DNA of 64,000 bases from Octopus bimaculoides. Its lineage: Eukaryota. Position 1 is the stretch's first letter. Each line of letters starts with the position of its first letter. The stretch covers positions 18,531,418-18,595,417 of the forward strand of contig NC_068989.1 of assembly GCF_001194135.2 (NCBI RefSeq), read 5' to 3'. The notes below the pieces were generated by a model, which had not been told where the DNA came from, did not search any database, and worked only from the letters and a program-made list of their open reading frames with translations. Positions 1 to 14,203 of the stretch are shown in pieces. The translations under genes were made by a program, and so were the position numbers.

Positions 1-1896
1 GTTTGCGTCCCCGTAACTTAGCGGTTCGGCAAAAGAGTCCGATAGAATAAGTACTACAAAGAATAAGTCCTGGAGTCGATTTGCTCGACTAAAGGTGGTG
101 CTCCAGCATGGCCGCAGTCAAATGACTGAAACAAGTAAAAGAGTAAAAGAGAGTATATATATATGACGTGCTTCTTTCGGTTGCCGTCTACCAGATCCAT
201 TTACAAGGCTTGCTCAGCCCGAGGCTATATAGTAGAAGACACTTGCCCAAGGTGTCACGCAGTAAGACTGAACCCGGGACCGTGTGATTGGGAAGCAAGC
301 TTCTTACCACACAGCTGAGCCCTTCATTTTCTTTACATATAGGCGAAAACCATAGGGCAAGGAATCAAGAAGCTTGCTTCCCTACCATGTGGTCTTAGAT
401 TCTCAGATTTAGAGTCGCTGGCAAGTGTCTTCGACTTTAATCCTAGGCTGACCAAACCCTTGTGAGTAGATTTGGTAGACGGAACTCCTGAAAGAAGGCT
501 GTCATATTTATCTTTTACCTTTTACTTGTGTCAGTCATTAGACTGCACCATGCCGGAGCACCGCCTTGAGAAAAGAATGAGTGTGTGTGTGTCCCGCCAC
601 CGTTTGGTAACCAGTGTTAATTTGTTTATGTCCCCCATAACTTAGCTGTTCAGCAAAAGGGACCTGGCTTTTAGAAAAGTAAGTACTGGGCTCGATTTGT
701 TCAGCTAAAACCCTTCAAGACGGTACTCTAGCACGGCCACTCCCCACAGAGCATCGTTTATCTTTCATTTTTCTTTCTCTTTCTATTGCGTTTTTAATTC
801 ATTTAGTCCTCCACACCGATTCTCAGTCATCCAGCTTCTATTCCGTTCCTCATTCCGCTCCCTCCCTCTCCCTATCTCTCTCTGTCCACCTCCCCTTCCC
901 ACATGTTATTATTATTATTATTTTTTTTTTTTTGTATATCGTCTGCTTCTCTTCAATTCTTTTTAGTTCTGTATACAAGGAGAGGTTATGTGTTATTTCG
1001 TCCACATTTTCAACAGATGACAAAACACTACTTCATCATCCTTCAGGACTGTTGTCTCTCTCTCTCAGTCTCATCATTTATGACTGGCGGCTGTCTCTGT
1101 CTACTTCCTTGCGGCTCTTAACGCTTGCTTTTCCTATTCCATTTTTTCTCTACACACAACATTCTCTTTATTTAGTTTTGTAGGTCTATTANNNNNNNNN
1201 NNNNNNNNNNNNNNNNNNNNNNNNNNNNNNNNNNNNNNNNNNNNNNNNNNNNNNNNNNNNNNNNNNNNNNNNNNNNNNNNNNNNNNNNNNNNNNNNNNNN
1301 NNNNNNNNNNNNNNNNNNNNNNNNNNNNNNNNNNNNNNNNNNNNNNNNNNNNNNNNNNNNNNNNNNNNNNNNNNNNNNNNNNNNNNNNNNNNNNNNNNNN
1401 NNNNNNNNNNNNNNNNNNNNNNNNNNNNNNNNNNNNNNNNNNNNNNNNNNNNNNNNNNNNNNNNNNNNNNNNNNNNNNNNNNNNNNNNNNNNNNNNNNNN
1501 NNNNNNNNNNNNNNNNNNNNNNNNNNNNNNNNNNNNNNNNNNNNNNNNNNNNNNNNNNNNNNNNNNNNNNNNNNNNNNNNNNNNNNNNNNNNNNNNNNNN
1601 NNNNNNNNNNNNNNNNNNNNNNNNNNNNNNNNNNNNNNNNNNNNNNNNNNNNNNNNNNNNNNNNNNNNNNNNNNNNNNNNNNNNNNNNNNNNNNNNNNNN
1701 NNNNNNNNNNNNNNNNNNNNNNNNNNNNNNNNNNNNNNNNNNNNNNNNNNNNNNNNNNNNNNNNNNNNNNNNNNNNNNNNNNNNNNNNNNNNNNNNNNNN
1801 NNNNNNNNNNNNNNNNNNNNNNNNNNNNNNNNNNNNNNNNNNNNNNNNNNNNNNNNNNNNNNNNNNNNNNNNNNNNNNNNNNNNNNNNNNNNNNNN

Positions 1897-1960
<64 letters not shown>

Positions 1961-2227
1961 CTCTCTCTTCTCTGTTTTATTTATATTACCGTTTCCAACA
2001 GCCGCTGACATATTTATGCTTTTACCATACATCACACACCAATACCCGTTCTTTCACCTTCAAAATACATTAAACATTGCGATGACGAATGTATACCCAT
2101 CTTACATCTTTTATGTTCAAACAAATACGTTACAAACTCATATACACATACACGCGCACACAGCACAAGCGCAAATAGAAATTAAGAACTGTAACACATA
2201 TACATAGTACATGCATTCATTCATTCA

Positions 2228-2260
<33 letters not shown>

Positions 2261-2891
2261 GCATATATACACACACACACACATATATATATATACACAC
2301 ATACACACATATATATATACACATACACATACACATATGTATGCACACACACACATGCACACACACACCCNNNNNNNNNNNNNNNNNNNNNNNNNNNNNN
2401 NNNNNNNNNNNNNNNNNNNNNNNNNNNNNNNNNNNNNNNNNNNNNNNNNNNNNNNNNNNNNNNNNNNNNNNNNNNNNNNNNNNNNNNNNNNNNNNNNNNN
2501 NNNNNNNNNNNNNNNNNNNNNNNNNNNNNNNNNNNNNNNNNNNNNNNNNNNNNNNNNNNNNNNNNNNNNNNNNNNNNNNNNNNNNNNNNNNNNNNNNNNN
2601 NNNNNNNNNNNNNNNNNNNNNNNNNNNNNNNNNNNNNNNNNNNNNNNNNNNNNNNNNNNNNNNNNNNNNNNNNNNNNNNNNNNNNNNNNNNNNNNNNNNN
2701 NNNNNNNNNNNNNNNNNNNNNNNNNNNNNNNNNNNNNNNNNNNNNNNNNNNNNNNNNNNNNNNNNNAAGAGACCGATAGAGTAAGTACCAGGTTTACAAA
2801 GAATGCGTTCTGGGTTCGATCCGTTCGAATAAAAGGCAAAGCTTCCAGCATGGCCGCAGTTAAATGACAAACAAATAAAAGAGTAAAAGAG

Positions 2892-2936
<45 letters not shown>

Positions 2937-4265
2937 CACACTTCTACAGATACATTTAATTGTGTGTGTGTGTGTGTGTTTTCACTTTTCTGTAACAAAA
3001 ACAGACTTTCAGACACTCGTGTATTTTGTTTTACCCAAGGCCATGTGCCAAAGCACTGCCCGAGTACATATACTCCGAAATAAGTACGCAGACACACGCG
3101 CGCACACATTCATAAGGCAAAGCACACACACGGTCAAAGAATGCATAGGACACTGAATAATATTTACATACACCCACACTGTATTAAACAACTTCCCAAT
3201 GATACATGCAAACTCACATGTATACACACACATAAGCATACTCTTTATGACTGTGTGTACGTGTGAGTGAGAGAGAGAGGTGGCGAGAGATTGACACACA
3301 AACACACACACAGGCTCTGACTATGAATACACCCACTTCTGTTTCAAAATAGAACACTTCACTAAGAATCTATTATCAGAAGACCAACTGTTTGAACTGC
3401 ATTTGGAAGTCTTTTAAGATTTCGCTTGGGTTGGAAGGGAAGCCTTATCACTAATTGTCACTTTAATAAGTAAAACAAAGGGATCCATTTCTATCGGTGA
3501 ACCCTGATAAATAAATAAAAAGCTTTTTGAGTAATATTTGGTAGACTGAAAGAAACCCAAAGAAGCTCGTCGTGTGTGTGTGTGTGTAGGTGTACGTAGG
3601 GTGGCTCTATGGTGGGTAGTTTTCTTCTCAACCACATGGTTCCGGGTTCAGATCCACGGCGTGGCACCTTGCACAAGTGTCTTCTGCTATAGTCTCGGGT
3701 CGAAACTGAAAGAAACCTGCCGTGTGTGTGTGTGTGTGTGTGTGTAGGCGTACGTAGGGTGGCTCTATGGTGGGTAGTTTTGTTCTCAACCACATGGTTC
3801 CGGGTTCAGATCCACTGCGTGGCACCTTGGACAAGTGTCTTCTGCTAGTCTCAAGTCGAAACTGAAAGAAACCTGCCGTGTGTGTGTGTGTGTGTGTNNN
3901 NNNNNNNNNNNNNNNNNNNNNNNNNNNNNNNNNNNNNNNNNNNNNNNNNNNNNNNNNNNNNNNNNNNNNNNNNNNNNNNNNNNNNNNNNNNNNNNNNNNN
4001 NNNNNNNNNNNNNNNNNNNNNNNNNNNNNNNNNNNNNNNNNNNNNNNNNNNNNNNNNNNNNNNNNNNNNNNNNNNNNNNNNNNNNNNNNNNNNNNNNNNN
4101 NNNNNNNNNNNNNNNNNNNNNNNNNNNNNNNNNNNNNNNNNNNNNNNNNNNNNNNNNNNNNNNNNNNNNNNNNNNNNNNNNNNNNNNNNNNNNNNNNNNN
4201 NNNNNNNNNNNNNNNNNNNNNNNNNNNNNNNNNNNNNNNNNNNNNNNNNNNNNNNNNNNNNNNNN

Positions 4266-4321
<56 letters not shown>

Positions 4322-7254
4322 GGTGTGTATCTTTTTGTCTGTGCTTGTCTTCCCTGTCCACTGCTTGACAGCCAGTATTGGTTTGTTTACATCCCCTTAA
4401 CGGTTCGACCAAAAAGATCAATAGAATTAAAGTACCAAACTTTAAAATAAGTACTGGGATCGACTTTTTTTTTAGTAAAAACCTTTCGATGTGGTGCCCC
4501 AGCATGACCGTAGTCCAATGACTGAAACAGGTAAAAGATAAATGATAACGCTAACAGTTGTCCATGCCTACATTTTCCCCCTCTCCCCGTGGCCGTTGAT
4601 GCCCAAGAGAAAGGCCAAAGCGTTTAGGGGTCAGTACAATATGGGACCAATGTCATCGAAAGTGTTACTGTGAGAATACGGAGAGCCGGAAAAGCTGTCA
4701 CAAGAATTTTATCAAGTCTCTAACAGTTCGGCAAATCTACCGTCCTAGATTGCTATTTTTTTTTTTTATCGATATCGAAAGCATGAAAGGCAAAGTTGAC
4801 TTCGGCAGAATTTGAACTCAGAACATAGGGAGTCAGAATAAATACCATGAGGCATTTTATCCAACGTATTGATAACTCCGTCAATTCGCCACTTCTAGCC
4901 ATGTTTCGCTTTTTTAACTATTTTAGAGTGCGATTAATTTATTATTGTTTTTGTTACCCACAAGTCAGCTCTTATCCCACTCATGATTACCCTTGTCTGT
5001 TTAGGGCAACGTGAATCATTCCCATCTTACACATAAAGATTCCCTTACACGAAGAAAAAAGACAGGATGGTCACAGCTGGAATGCATTTGAATCTCATTA
5101 ATCTGCAATATCAAGGTTGACCCGAGAGCTAAGTAATAACAGCAACAACTCTGCAGAAGTACCTTCGACCTTTGCTGACCATTTTCAGCCAGTGGAACTG
5201 TTGGCCACTATCAGCCACTTGTACTTGGCACATTAACAGGGTGAGAAACTAACTGGTGCTTGACACACTAACTAGTTACTACCAGTCATTCTAAAAATTG
5301 TAGTGAGACCACAGGAAAGATATATTAGATAATGAAAGACAAGTAATAGCTTTCATTGGTCAGTACTTAGCAAAGATTGTCCAACGTACTGTTGATTATT
5401 TTGTCAATGTACCAGACCAGTACGATTGATGTTGGTAACGTTCTGCTTTAACTGTTGCCAGTCATGAGCACAAAGTGGTAGATGGGCGACCTGCTGGGGA
5501 AGGAGAGGCCAATACTTACAACATTGCGGTTCCACGAGCTTTGTAGAAGGTTAGTTGAAGTATTTTCTGTTTCAAAAGAGAGAAGCCAGACTTTGTGATG
5601 AGAGACTAGGGATCTTTTCTGATTGGCTGCATCTGTGGAAATTTGAAAGTTTATTGAAAGTTTTAAAATTTGGTGTATTTTTGTAATTTTCCAAGCTGAA
5701 TCTCAGGAGATATTTTTTCAGGAAAAATGTTTAAAGAAAGTTATAGAGGTTTAAAGTTTGAGCATTTTCACCCAGTCAGAAAACAGGATTTGGAAGCTGT
5801 CATTTTTTTGCCTGACAGCACGTGTAGTCAACTGTAAACAAATGAAATATCGGCGGAATTCTACTTTATACACGCTGTATAACCCCTCATAACTTGGGGG
5901 GGGGGGATTTTCAGAAAAAAATTAGCGAATTTGTATTCTACACACGGGAATTCATATGATTATGCAACAACAAAAGCAAAAATTTGAGGGTGCGTGATTT
6001 AAGGCCTATTTAGCGGTTATTTTTAGCACATCCCACAACCACCACAATGAGTAGAATATATTTGTCAATACGTGCTTTCTCGCAGACAAAAGAGTTCTTG
6101 TGTTTGTCTTGGAACTATGGAAAAAGGCATGAATGTCTCTGTGGTTTACGATTGACTAAAATTACCCAAAATTTTCAAACTTTAAAAGCTAATAACTCTT
6201 TATTGATTGATTAATGGCGAAAATGAATTTCATGGCGTTGAATTAGCATATAAAACTCTATTATTTCATCAGAAATTGAATGATTTCGAACAGAAATTGA
6301 AGAGGTTGAAAATTGACAGCCAAACGGAAATTTCCGGGACTAGCTATGATAAAGATGTCCATTTACTTTGAGAGATCCTCTAGTTGCGTGCTACTCGTGT
6401 TTATTGTCAGGGAATAAGATGCAATGATGTTTTCTTGACATGAGCTGTACATGTATTTAGTTAGGTGCAGTCTAGATTAATTAATGTTATGGTACTCGTT
6501 ATATTGTGTTAGCGTCTAATTTATTATGACAAAAGTAAGCTATGCTGTCAAATATTTTAGGTCCGTTATCCCTGGAAAGCCAAACAGACGTTTGCTAGAA
6601 TTAATCAATCAAAATTCACAGCAAGGAAATGTATAGCCTGTACAACGAGACACAACCTCCTTCCTCCATCTTTCTTGGTCATCAGCCAACCTCATGTTTT
6701 CCATCACCTTCCTCCCTATTACAATACCTTTATTTCCTAAATAGATTTATCTGTACGAACAGTGGGGTTAACCAGGTCAATAAATGTGTGTGAAAAGAGA
6801 GAGAGAAGGGAGAGACAGAGAGCGATAGAGAGATATAGAGGGAGAGAGAGGGGATAGAGCGAAAGAGGGAGAGAGTGGGGATAGAGCGAAAGAGGGAGAG
6901 AGTGAGAGAGAAAGATGATGGTCGGAAAGTGTATTCGGTGAAAACAGTAGATCAAATTAGTGGGTCAAATTTAGTGCAGTTCGTGACTGTCCCACCAGAT
7001 GTGTGTAATTTTACTCATTCAAGTGAAGTATACTTTTTCAAAGTTTCCGCTCAGTGTATTAAAAGTATTTAAAATAAATAGTTATCTAACTCGATATGTA
7101 CTGGTTGGCTTTTTCGTCGTTGATCAACTTGATCAACGGTATTACAGAGACAGTATCTTAACCACTTCTGCTGTGCCTGGGCTGTTTCTAAAAGCAAGTT
7201 TTTACTCCAATCCATTCATATAAACGCTATGAAATATAAAGGAAAGTAAGTCAA

Positions 7255-7816
7255 TACGTCTGCAGCGTCCATGGAACTGCAGTGGATGCCAGATATTGGT
7301 TAAGTATAGATGCCAGGTGACTTTCAGCAGCTTTCTCAGGCAGTTCATGTAGAAACGATTTAGCTTTATGGTGTAACGTTCATAAACCGTACATGTCTCA
7401 CAAGTGTACAGTAGAGTAGGCAGAACAACTCCTTGGTACACCTTCAACTTGGAGGCCAGCCTAATGTCTCTCCTCTCCCACACTAAATCACGTAGCCGCT
7501 TGAATACTGAGCTTCTTGGCGATGTGTGCGTCGACCTTGTTGTCAATGTTCACAGATATGAAGCGTGTGTTAGCCTTCAGGATTTCCACTTCAACAGTGA
7601 TAGCTAGTTCCACACACGGCTTTTGTCGGGCAGGGTGGTACATGATTTCTGTCTTCTGAGAACTGATTGTCAAGGTTGAAGTTGTTGCAGGCAGTGGAAA
7701 TGCAGTTCCTACTCTGCTACATCTGGGCTTCTGTGGCGTTGTTGCAGGCAATGGAAATGCAGTTCCTACATCTGCAACTCTGCTACACTCTGCTACATGT
7801 GGTGTTGAATGCGCAG
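7255..7816 (-). mobile_element. RTE-BovB-like RT fragment (inverted 5' segment)
   Basis: CAFNT..., LTISSQKTEIMYHPA, KLKVYQGVVLPTLLY.CET, CLRKLLKVTW motifs. Confidence 0.85.
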
Positions 7817-8105
7817 ATCTTTGAGATCAACTCCGACACCTGAAAAACACAAGCGCAAGCCCGCCCTACCTGACGAAACTGCACCAGCAGAGGTGTCACC
7901 ATTCATGAGCATAACAGGATTGCGAACTACCCAAGTCTGGAGCCAACTCCTTGCTTTCAGTCCCAGCAGACCAGCAGTGTCCGACCTGCAGCAGAGCCTT
8001 CCGAGCACGCTTTGGACTGATCGGTCACAACCAAACATGCCGTGCCCCGTCTTTTTCTCCCATGTGATGTCCTTGGTCATCGTCGACAACGATGGACAAA
8101 CGAAC
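7811..8105 (+). mobile_element. RTE-BovB-like 3' end (forward segment)
   Basis: CPTCSRAFRARFGLIGH at 7978-8028, then GGTCATCGTCGACAACGATGGACAAAC, a typical RTE terminus. Confidence 0.7.
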
Positions 8106-8499
8106 GATAACCGTACTACAGAGGTGAAATAAATGCCGTTAACGTTCTGTTTAAACTTTTTAACAATGATCAACTCGAGCTGATCAAGTCTCTTTACTAT
8201 GGCGTTGGGTTGACTAAAGCCTAGTAAATGAAATTGAATGATAGAAACTTTGTGGAAGACATCAGAGACGCTGCTCCTGTTTTGAAGTGGTAAACTTAAC
8301 CCATCATCCGATTTATCATTATCGCCTGGCACTTGTCTACTTAGCAGATATTTGGATCAGGTGCCTCGTTTAGAATAACTCCCTCCCTTCCTCCTCAGCC
8401 ACCACCATCACCCCACAGAGACACTAAAGAGTATCATGGTGCATTGCCCTTCCTCCTGTGACCAAGCCATTAAAAATAAATCTAAATTAGACAGTGGTA

Positions 8500-8604
8500 T
8501 TGTCCTCCAGAATTACGGATCTCCGGAACGCATCTAGTTATTCAGCTGATGACGTATGCGTCGTTTAGTCTAGTCTCTTTGCTCGATCACAGCTGATCCG
8601 GTGG
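8500..8604 (+). promoter_or_regulatory. Candidate promoter / non-coding first exon of LHFPL2
   Basis: Locally CpG-containing non-repeat patch, TGACGT CRE-like site at 8550-8555, consensus donor TGG|gtgagt at 8605; an unpaired acceptor at 14720 needs an upstream donor. Confidence 0.25.
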
Positions 8605-9094
8605 GTGAGTGGGTGGGTGGGGATCATACAATAACAAACAACTGGTGTCTGTCGTCTTCTGCTGAATTTGTCAATATAAACAAATATATCTTAACAAGTA
8701 AAAAGCTGTCAGATTAAGAGATAAGTATATCTCTGGCTCCGTCTGATGTTAGATTTGAGGTTGACATTTTGTAAAGTCAACATCAAAGCATGACCAGTTT
8801 TTGTTTATAGAGCTCAAATTCGGTCTGAACAACATTTATACAGAAATTTATGTAGTCATACTGGTTTCAAATTTTGGCACAAGGCCAGCAATTTCAAATA
8901 AGCGGGTGAGTCGATCACAGCAACTCCTGTACTCAGCTAGTACTTCTTTTATCGACCCCGAAAGGATGAAAGGCAAAGTAGACCTCGGCGGAATTTGAAC
9001 TCGGAACGTAAAAACAGACGAAATGCCGCTAAGCATTTTGCCCGACATGCTAACGATTCTACCAGCTTGCCACCTACAGGAACTACGGTATACT

Positions 9095-9320
9095 CTCTTT
9101 TACTCTTTTACTTGTTTCAGTCATTTGACTGCGGCCATACTGGAGCACCGCCTTTAGTCGAACAAATCGACCCAAGGACTTATTCTTTGTAAGCCTAGTA
9201 CTTATTCTATCGGTATCTTTTGCCGAACCGCTAAGTTACGGGGACGTAAACACAACAGCATCGGTTGTNNNNNNNNNNNNNNNNNNNNNNNNNNNNNNNN
9301 NNNNNNNNNNNNNNNNNNNN

Positions 9321-9363
<43 letters not shown>

Positions 9364-9526
9364 GACAGGCTTCTTTCAGTTTCCGTCTACCAAATCCACT
9401 CACAAGGCTTTGGTCGGCCCGAGGCTATAGTAGAAGACACTTGCCCGAAATGCCACGCAGTGGGACTGAACCCAGTACCATGTGGTTGATAAGCAAGCTA
9501 CTTACCACACAGCCACTCCTGCGCCT
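9095..9526 (-). mobile_element. SINE family B, full length, spans an N gap
   Basis: Reverse complement of 16284-16686. Confidence 0.88.
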
Positions 9527-9904
9527 ACCAGTATGAGTATATCTATATATCGAAATATAGATATACTCGATGCCAACAGCGGACACACGTCCAACTGTGT
9601 TCTTTTTTTTTTTTTTGTTTTTTAGAAAGAAAAAAAAACGAAAGAGTAAATTTTTAGGACAGTGTTGGGTGAGATATTCAGTGTCTGATAAACAAGGATA
9701 TGACATGATAATCATGGATGAAGCGCTTTCTAATCATAAATCAAAGTTGAGCCCAAAGTAAAAAAAGACTTCAAGCCAACTCCCGTTTCATGTAACCTCC
9801 CAAGCCTCTGAAACCGATCTCATATAAACTCCTCGTTTCTCATTTACCCCCATTCTGGGATTAATCTGAACTTGGTTTCATCTACTACTACCACTACTAC
9901 TACT

Positions 9905-10285
9905 GTGGAGGCGCAATGGCCCAGTGGTTAGGGCAGCGGACTCGCGGTCATAGGATCGCGGTTTCGATTCCCAGACCGGGCGTTGTGAGTGTTTATAGAG
10001 CGAAGACACCTAAAGCTCCACGAGGCTCCGGCAGGGGATGATGGCGAACCCTGCTGTACTCTTTCACCACAACTTTCTCTCACTCTTACTTCCTGTTTCT
10101 GTTCTGTCTGTAATTCAAAGGGGCCAGCTTTGTCGCACAGTGTCACGCTGAGTATCCCCGAGAACTACGTTAAGGGTACACGTGTCTGTGGAGTGCTCAG
10201 TCACTTGCACGTCAATTTCACGAGCAGGCTGTTCCGTTGATCGGATCAACTGGAACCCTCGACGTCGTAAGCGACGGAGTGCCAA
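9905..10285 (+). mobile_element. tRNA-derived SINE family A (~380 bp, CAA tail)
   Basis: A box TGGCCCAGTGG, B box GGTTTCGATTCC; inserted in an (ACT)n tract. Confidence 0.9.
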
Positions 10286-10401
10286 CACTACTACTACTAC
10301 TACTACTTCAATCATCCCCATCATCATCCCTACTGCCACAAATATTGTTGCCACTTCTACTATTACCACTGCTATCACGACTACAAATGCTGCTGCTGCT
10401 G

Positions 10402-10452
<51 letters not shown>

Positions 10453-12620
10453 ACACTGCTACTAGAGTTACTACTAATGCAGCAGGAATAAAATCTAATA
10501 TATCATGGTTTAAGATGAAATCCTCTTCCAGCAACCATCCAGGGACAGCTTGAAATCGATTTGATCCTACTTCTCAGTTATCTGAACTGGATTTCAAATT
10601 ACTGGGAGGTGGGGGTTGAATTGGTGGAGGGTAGGTAATCTGAGCTCGTTATACTGGGTCTAAAATCTTTAAGACCACCGTCCTGTCCAGCAACTTGTAT
10701 TTATAGACATTCTCTGAATAATATTACAGTGATAAATATCTTTGTGAGACTGACTTGAAACTTGAGCAGAATAAACAAGCATGGTGATTTGTTGAATGTT
10801 AAAGTAAGCAGCAGACAAATATTTCCATCACCACCACCACCACAACAACAACACATACACACCATCTCTACTAACAGTACCACCACCATTATCATCATTA
10901 CCACAGCCAACAATAACGCTACCATCACCACGACTACCACTATCATCGCCACCACTACCAATACTACCATTATGGCCACTACTATAAATCCATCATCATC
11001 ATCATCATCATCCCAACCACCGTTACCGTTACCATGATTGTGGTACCCCAGTAGTCTGCTACAAAAAAAACGAAAGAGTCCATTTTTTGGACAGTTGGGT
11101 TAGATATACAATATCTGATAAACAAGGATATGACATGATGATCATAGGTGGAGTGCTTTCTAATCATAAAAAGCACCCCAGTTACTAAATGTCATCACCC
11201 CCTCCCTCACATCACCTCAACCACTATATTCACTCCAGTCATCACCAGTAAGTACCACCACTAGTAACATCATCACTATTACCATCATTATCTCAATGAC
11301 CATCTCTACCACCATCATCACAATGGATGGTAAGTTGATGGAGATGAAGATGTTTTTACATTGTATTTAGTATATAGATTAGGGCAATGTTCAGAGATTG
11401 TAGTTACGGCTGATATGTAGTTGGTATTGAGCCAATGTGTAGAGTTGTTGCAGACATGGAGGAGTAGTTAAGAAGGCTGAAAAGCAAAGACACATCAGAT
11501 GAATGCCTTGCTGTATTTAGTCTGACACTGAGTAAAAATCCCTCCAAGGCCAACTTTGCCATTCATCCTTTCAAGGTTGATAAAAAAAGGTAACAATCCA
11601 AGATGGCGGAGTGGTGGAATTGTAAGAATCTTGGACTGAAATACCTTGTGGTATTTGTTCCAGCTCTATATGGTTTGAGTTCAAATCCTCTCATGACCTA
11701 TTTGGATGATAGACTTAATCCATTGCCCATTTTTAATACCACCATCTGGTACTCAAGGTACCTTTCACAGAGTCTATATTTGTTCAGGACATCCCTTTCG
11801 TTTGTGGATTCCTTCATTACTCCTTCTCAGCAACTTTTAGGGGTCCCATAAAGAGCCATGCACACTACCTCCCTGAAAGTCAACCACAGTGGGGTTTTTT
11901 TTTTTATCAGAATATGAAGAGAAATAACTATGTAGTGGCGCGAAATTATAGCTGCCATTGAGGAAGTACTATCTGCACATGCGCAAGGGACTTGCCTTTC
12001 CGGAAGCCCATCGAGTGCGCATACGTAGTAAAACTAGTACTTAAAGAGTTTGTTTCACTTTCTAAGCCTCTTGACTGCGATACCTTCGACGTGACAACAC
12101 CTTGCTCCTCAATGAGGCATTCTTCACCATGATACCTTCGATGGTGATAGCTACTTGCTCCTCTGGCATGCATCAAGGAAGCTCTTAACCTTCCAATACC
12201 AAATTACAACTCAATCAGCGGCTGCTAAGCTGAATGACACAGGATTTATTTATAAAACCAAGCATCATCAAAAATAAAATTTATTTTTATTATGTTGTTA
12301 ATTGTTCTACTGTTTCTTCATATATAATGCTGTTGAAAGGTGATAGAGAGAGACTAATGTTTCTATTACAACTATCAACCTTTTACGACTAAATATCATG
12401 ACGTATTTGCTCACCTTTGTTCTTCTTCTTCTTGATGTTGATGTTGATTAGCCCCATAATCAGATAGGATTAGAATTAAGCATTCCATTAATGACCATCA
12501 TGTCATTTCATTTAGACATTATTCAATGTGTGCTGTCCTATAAGGCGCTGATCTGACAGAAACGTTAAGCACGCCAAGCGAAATGCTTAGCGGTATTTTG
12601 TCTGTCTTTACATTCTGAGT

Positions 12621-13014
12621 GTGGAGGTGCAATGGCCCAGTGGTTAGGGCAGCGGACTCGCAGTCATAGGATCGCGGTTTCGGTTCCTAGACTGGGCGTT
12701 GTGAGTGTTTATTGAGTGAAAACACCTAAAGTTCCATGAGGCTCCGGCAGGGGATGGTGGCGAACCCTACTGTACTCTTTCACCACAGCTTTCTCTCACT
12801 CTTTCTTCTTGTTTCTGTTGTGCCTGTAATTCAAAGGGTCAGCCTTGTCACACTGTGTCACGCTGAATATCCCCGAGAACTACGTTAAGGGTACACGTGT
12901 CTGTGGAGTGCTCAGCCACTTGCACGTTAATTGCACGAGCAGGCTGTTCCGTTGATTGGATCAACTGGAACCCTCGACGTTGTAAGCGACGGAGTGCCAA
13001 CAACAACAACAACA
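12621..13014 (+). mobile_element. SINE family A nested in a SINE-C
   Basis: 11-bp TSD ACATTCTGAGT at 12610-12620 and 13015-13025. Confidence 0.92.
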
Positions 13015-13440
13015 ACATTCTGAGTTCAAATTCCACCAAGGTCGACTTTGCCTTTCATCCTTTCGGGGTCAATAAAAATAAGTATCAGTCGAGCACTGGG
13101 GTCAAATCGACTAGTCCCCTTCCCTGAAATCTCAGGCTTTGTGCCTAGAGTAGAAAGGATTATTATTATTATTAATTACCAGTTGTGTACTGAAATCAAC
13201 CTAATCAACTGGGCCCCCCCTCCCCAAAAATTTCGAGCCTTGAGTAGAAAAGAACGTGTGCTGTCCTTTCTTCAAGATGGTAAGGTCTAATTTAAGACAA
13301 AATTGTAGGAGACCTTGTGACCATTGCTTCTCAACTGAGACAGTAACATCTCCAAGGGAAGCTACAGTACATTTCAGAGGTAACTGGGAATATACAAGAA
13401 ACAAACTGAAATTAAAATTCGCTTGGCATATTTAAAAGAG

Positions 13441-13650
13441 GATGTTGACTGATTCAACTTATCAAAGAGGTGCTAGCTGATTCAGTTTTCTTTATCAAAG
13501 AATGCTGGCTGATTCAACTTGTCATCAAGGAATGCTGGCTGATTCCATTTATCAGGAAAAGGTGTTAACTGATTCCACTTGTCATCAAAAGAGTGTTGCT
13601 TGATTCAACATATTAAAAGGATACTGGCTGATTCAACTTCTCATTAAAGT
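13441..13650. repeat. Degenerate ~30-bp tandem array, about 7 units
   Basis: Recurring GCTGGCTGATTCAACTT.TCATCAAAG motif. Confidence 0.75.
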
Positions 13651-14150
13651 TAATATACTGTTCAGTTCTCCCATCATCATCATTTTAACATCTACTTTTC
13701 CATGCTTTCATGCACATTGGTGAGGTTAGGATCTTCTGTGGTCAGATTCCCTTCCTGTCACCAACTTTACCTGTCTCCAGGCAAGGTAATATTTCCCCAT
13801 GGCCAGACATGTTTTTCATGGAAGACTAGAAAGGAACATTGTCATTTATATGATAGGGGTGCTTGAATACAACTATCATGTGATGTAAGGACAAGGATAC
13901 ACACAAACACACACACTTATGTGTGTGTGTTTGTGTGTATTCTTACATATGCATTGGGCTTCTTTTAGTTTCTGTCTACCAAATCCACAAGGCCTTGGAC
14001 TGCCTGGAACTATAGTAGAACAATCTATTTGCCCAAATGCCATACAGTGAGACTGAACCCAAAACTTCTTAATCACACAGCCATACCTGCACCTGTAACT
14101 ATGCATATATATGTGTATACTCATACACATATAATATCTATAAGTATAAC

Positions 14151-14203
<53 letters not shown>

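Noticed and set aside
1172-4505. Long ORFs in the track (also 17163-18317, 20159-20517, 54590-55202)
   Set aside because: Artefacts of N gaps and microsatellites.
5560-6360. Possible non-autonomous DNA transposon
   Set aside because: The composition is suggestive, but I could not define TIRs or a TSD.
7118-7138. Perfect 10-bp-arm palindrome CGTTGATCAA-C-TTGATCAACG
   Set aside because: Isolated and explainable by duplication of the palindromic TTGATCAA; no supporting context.
7793-8332. 179-aa minus-strand ORF and 107-aa plus-strand ORF
   Set aside because: They are antisense or off-frame readings of the RTE 3' end.
8546-8580. CTGATGA followed by a small hairpin as a hammerhead
   Set aside because: No GAAA or NUH in register.
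9905-9980. tRNA-like A and B boxes
   Set aside because: These are SINE heads continuing into SINE bodies; no complete cloverleaf.
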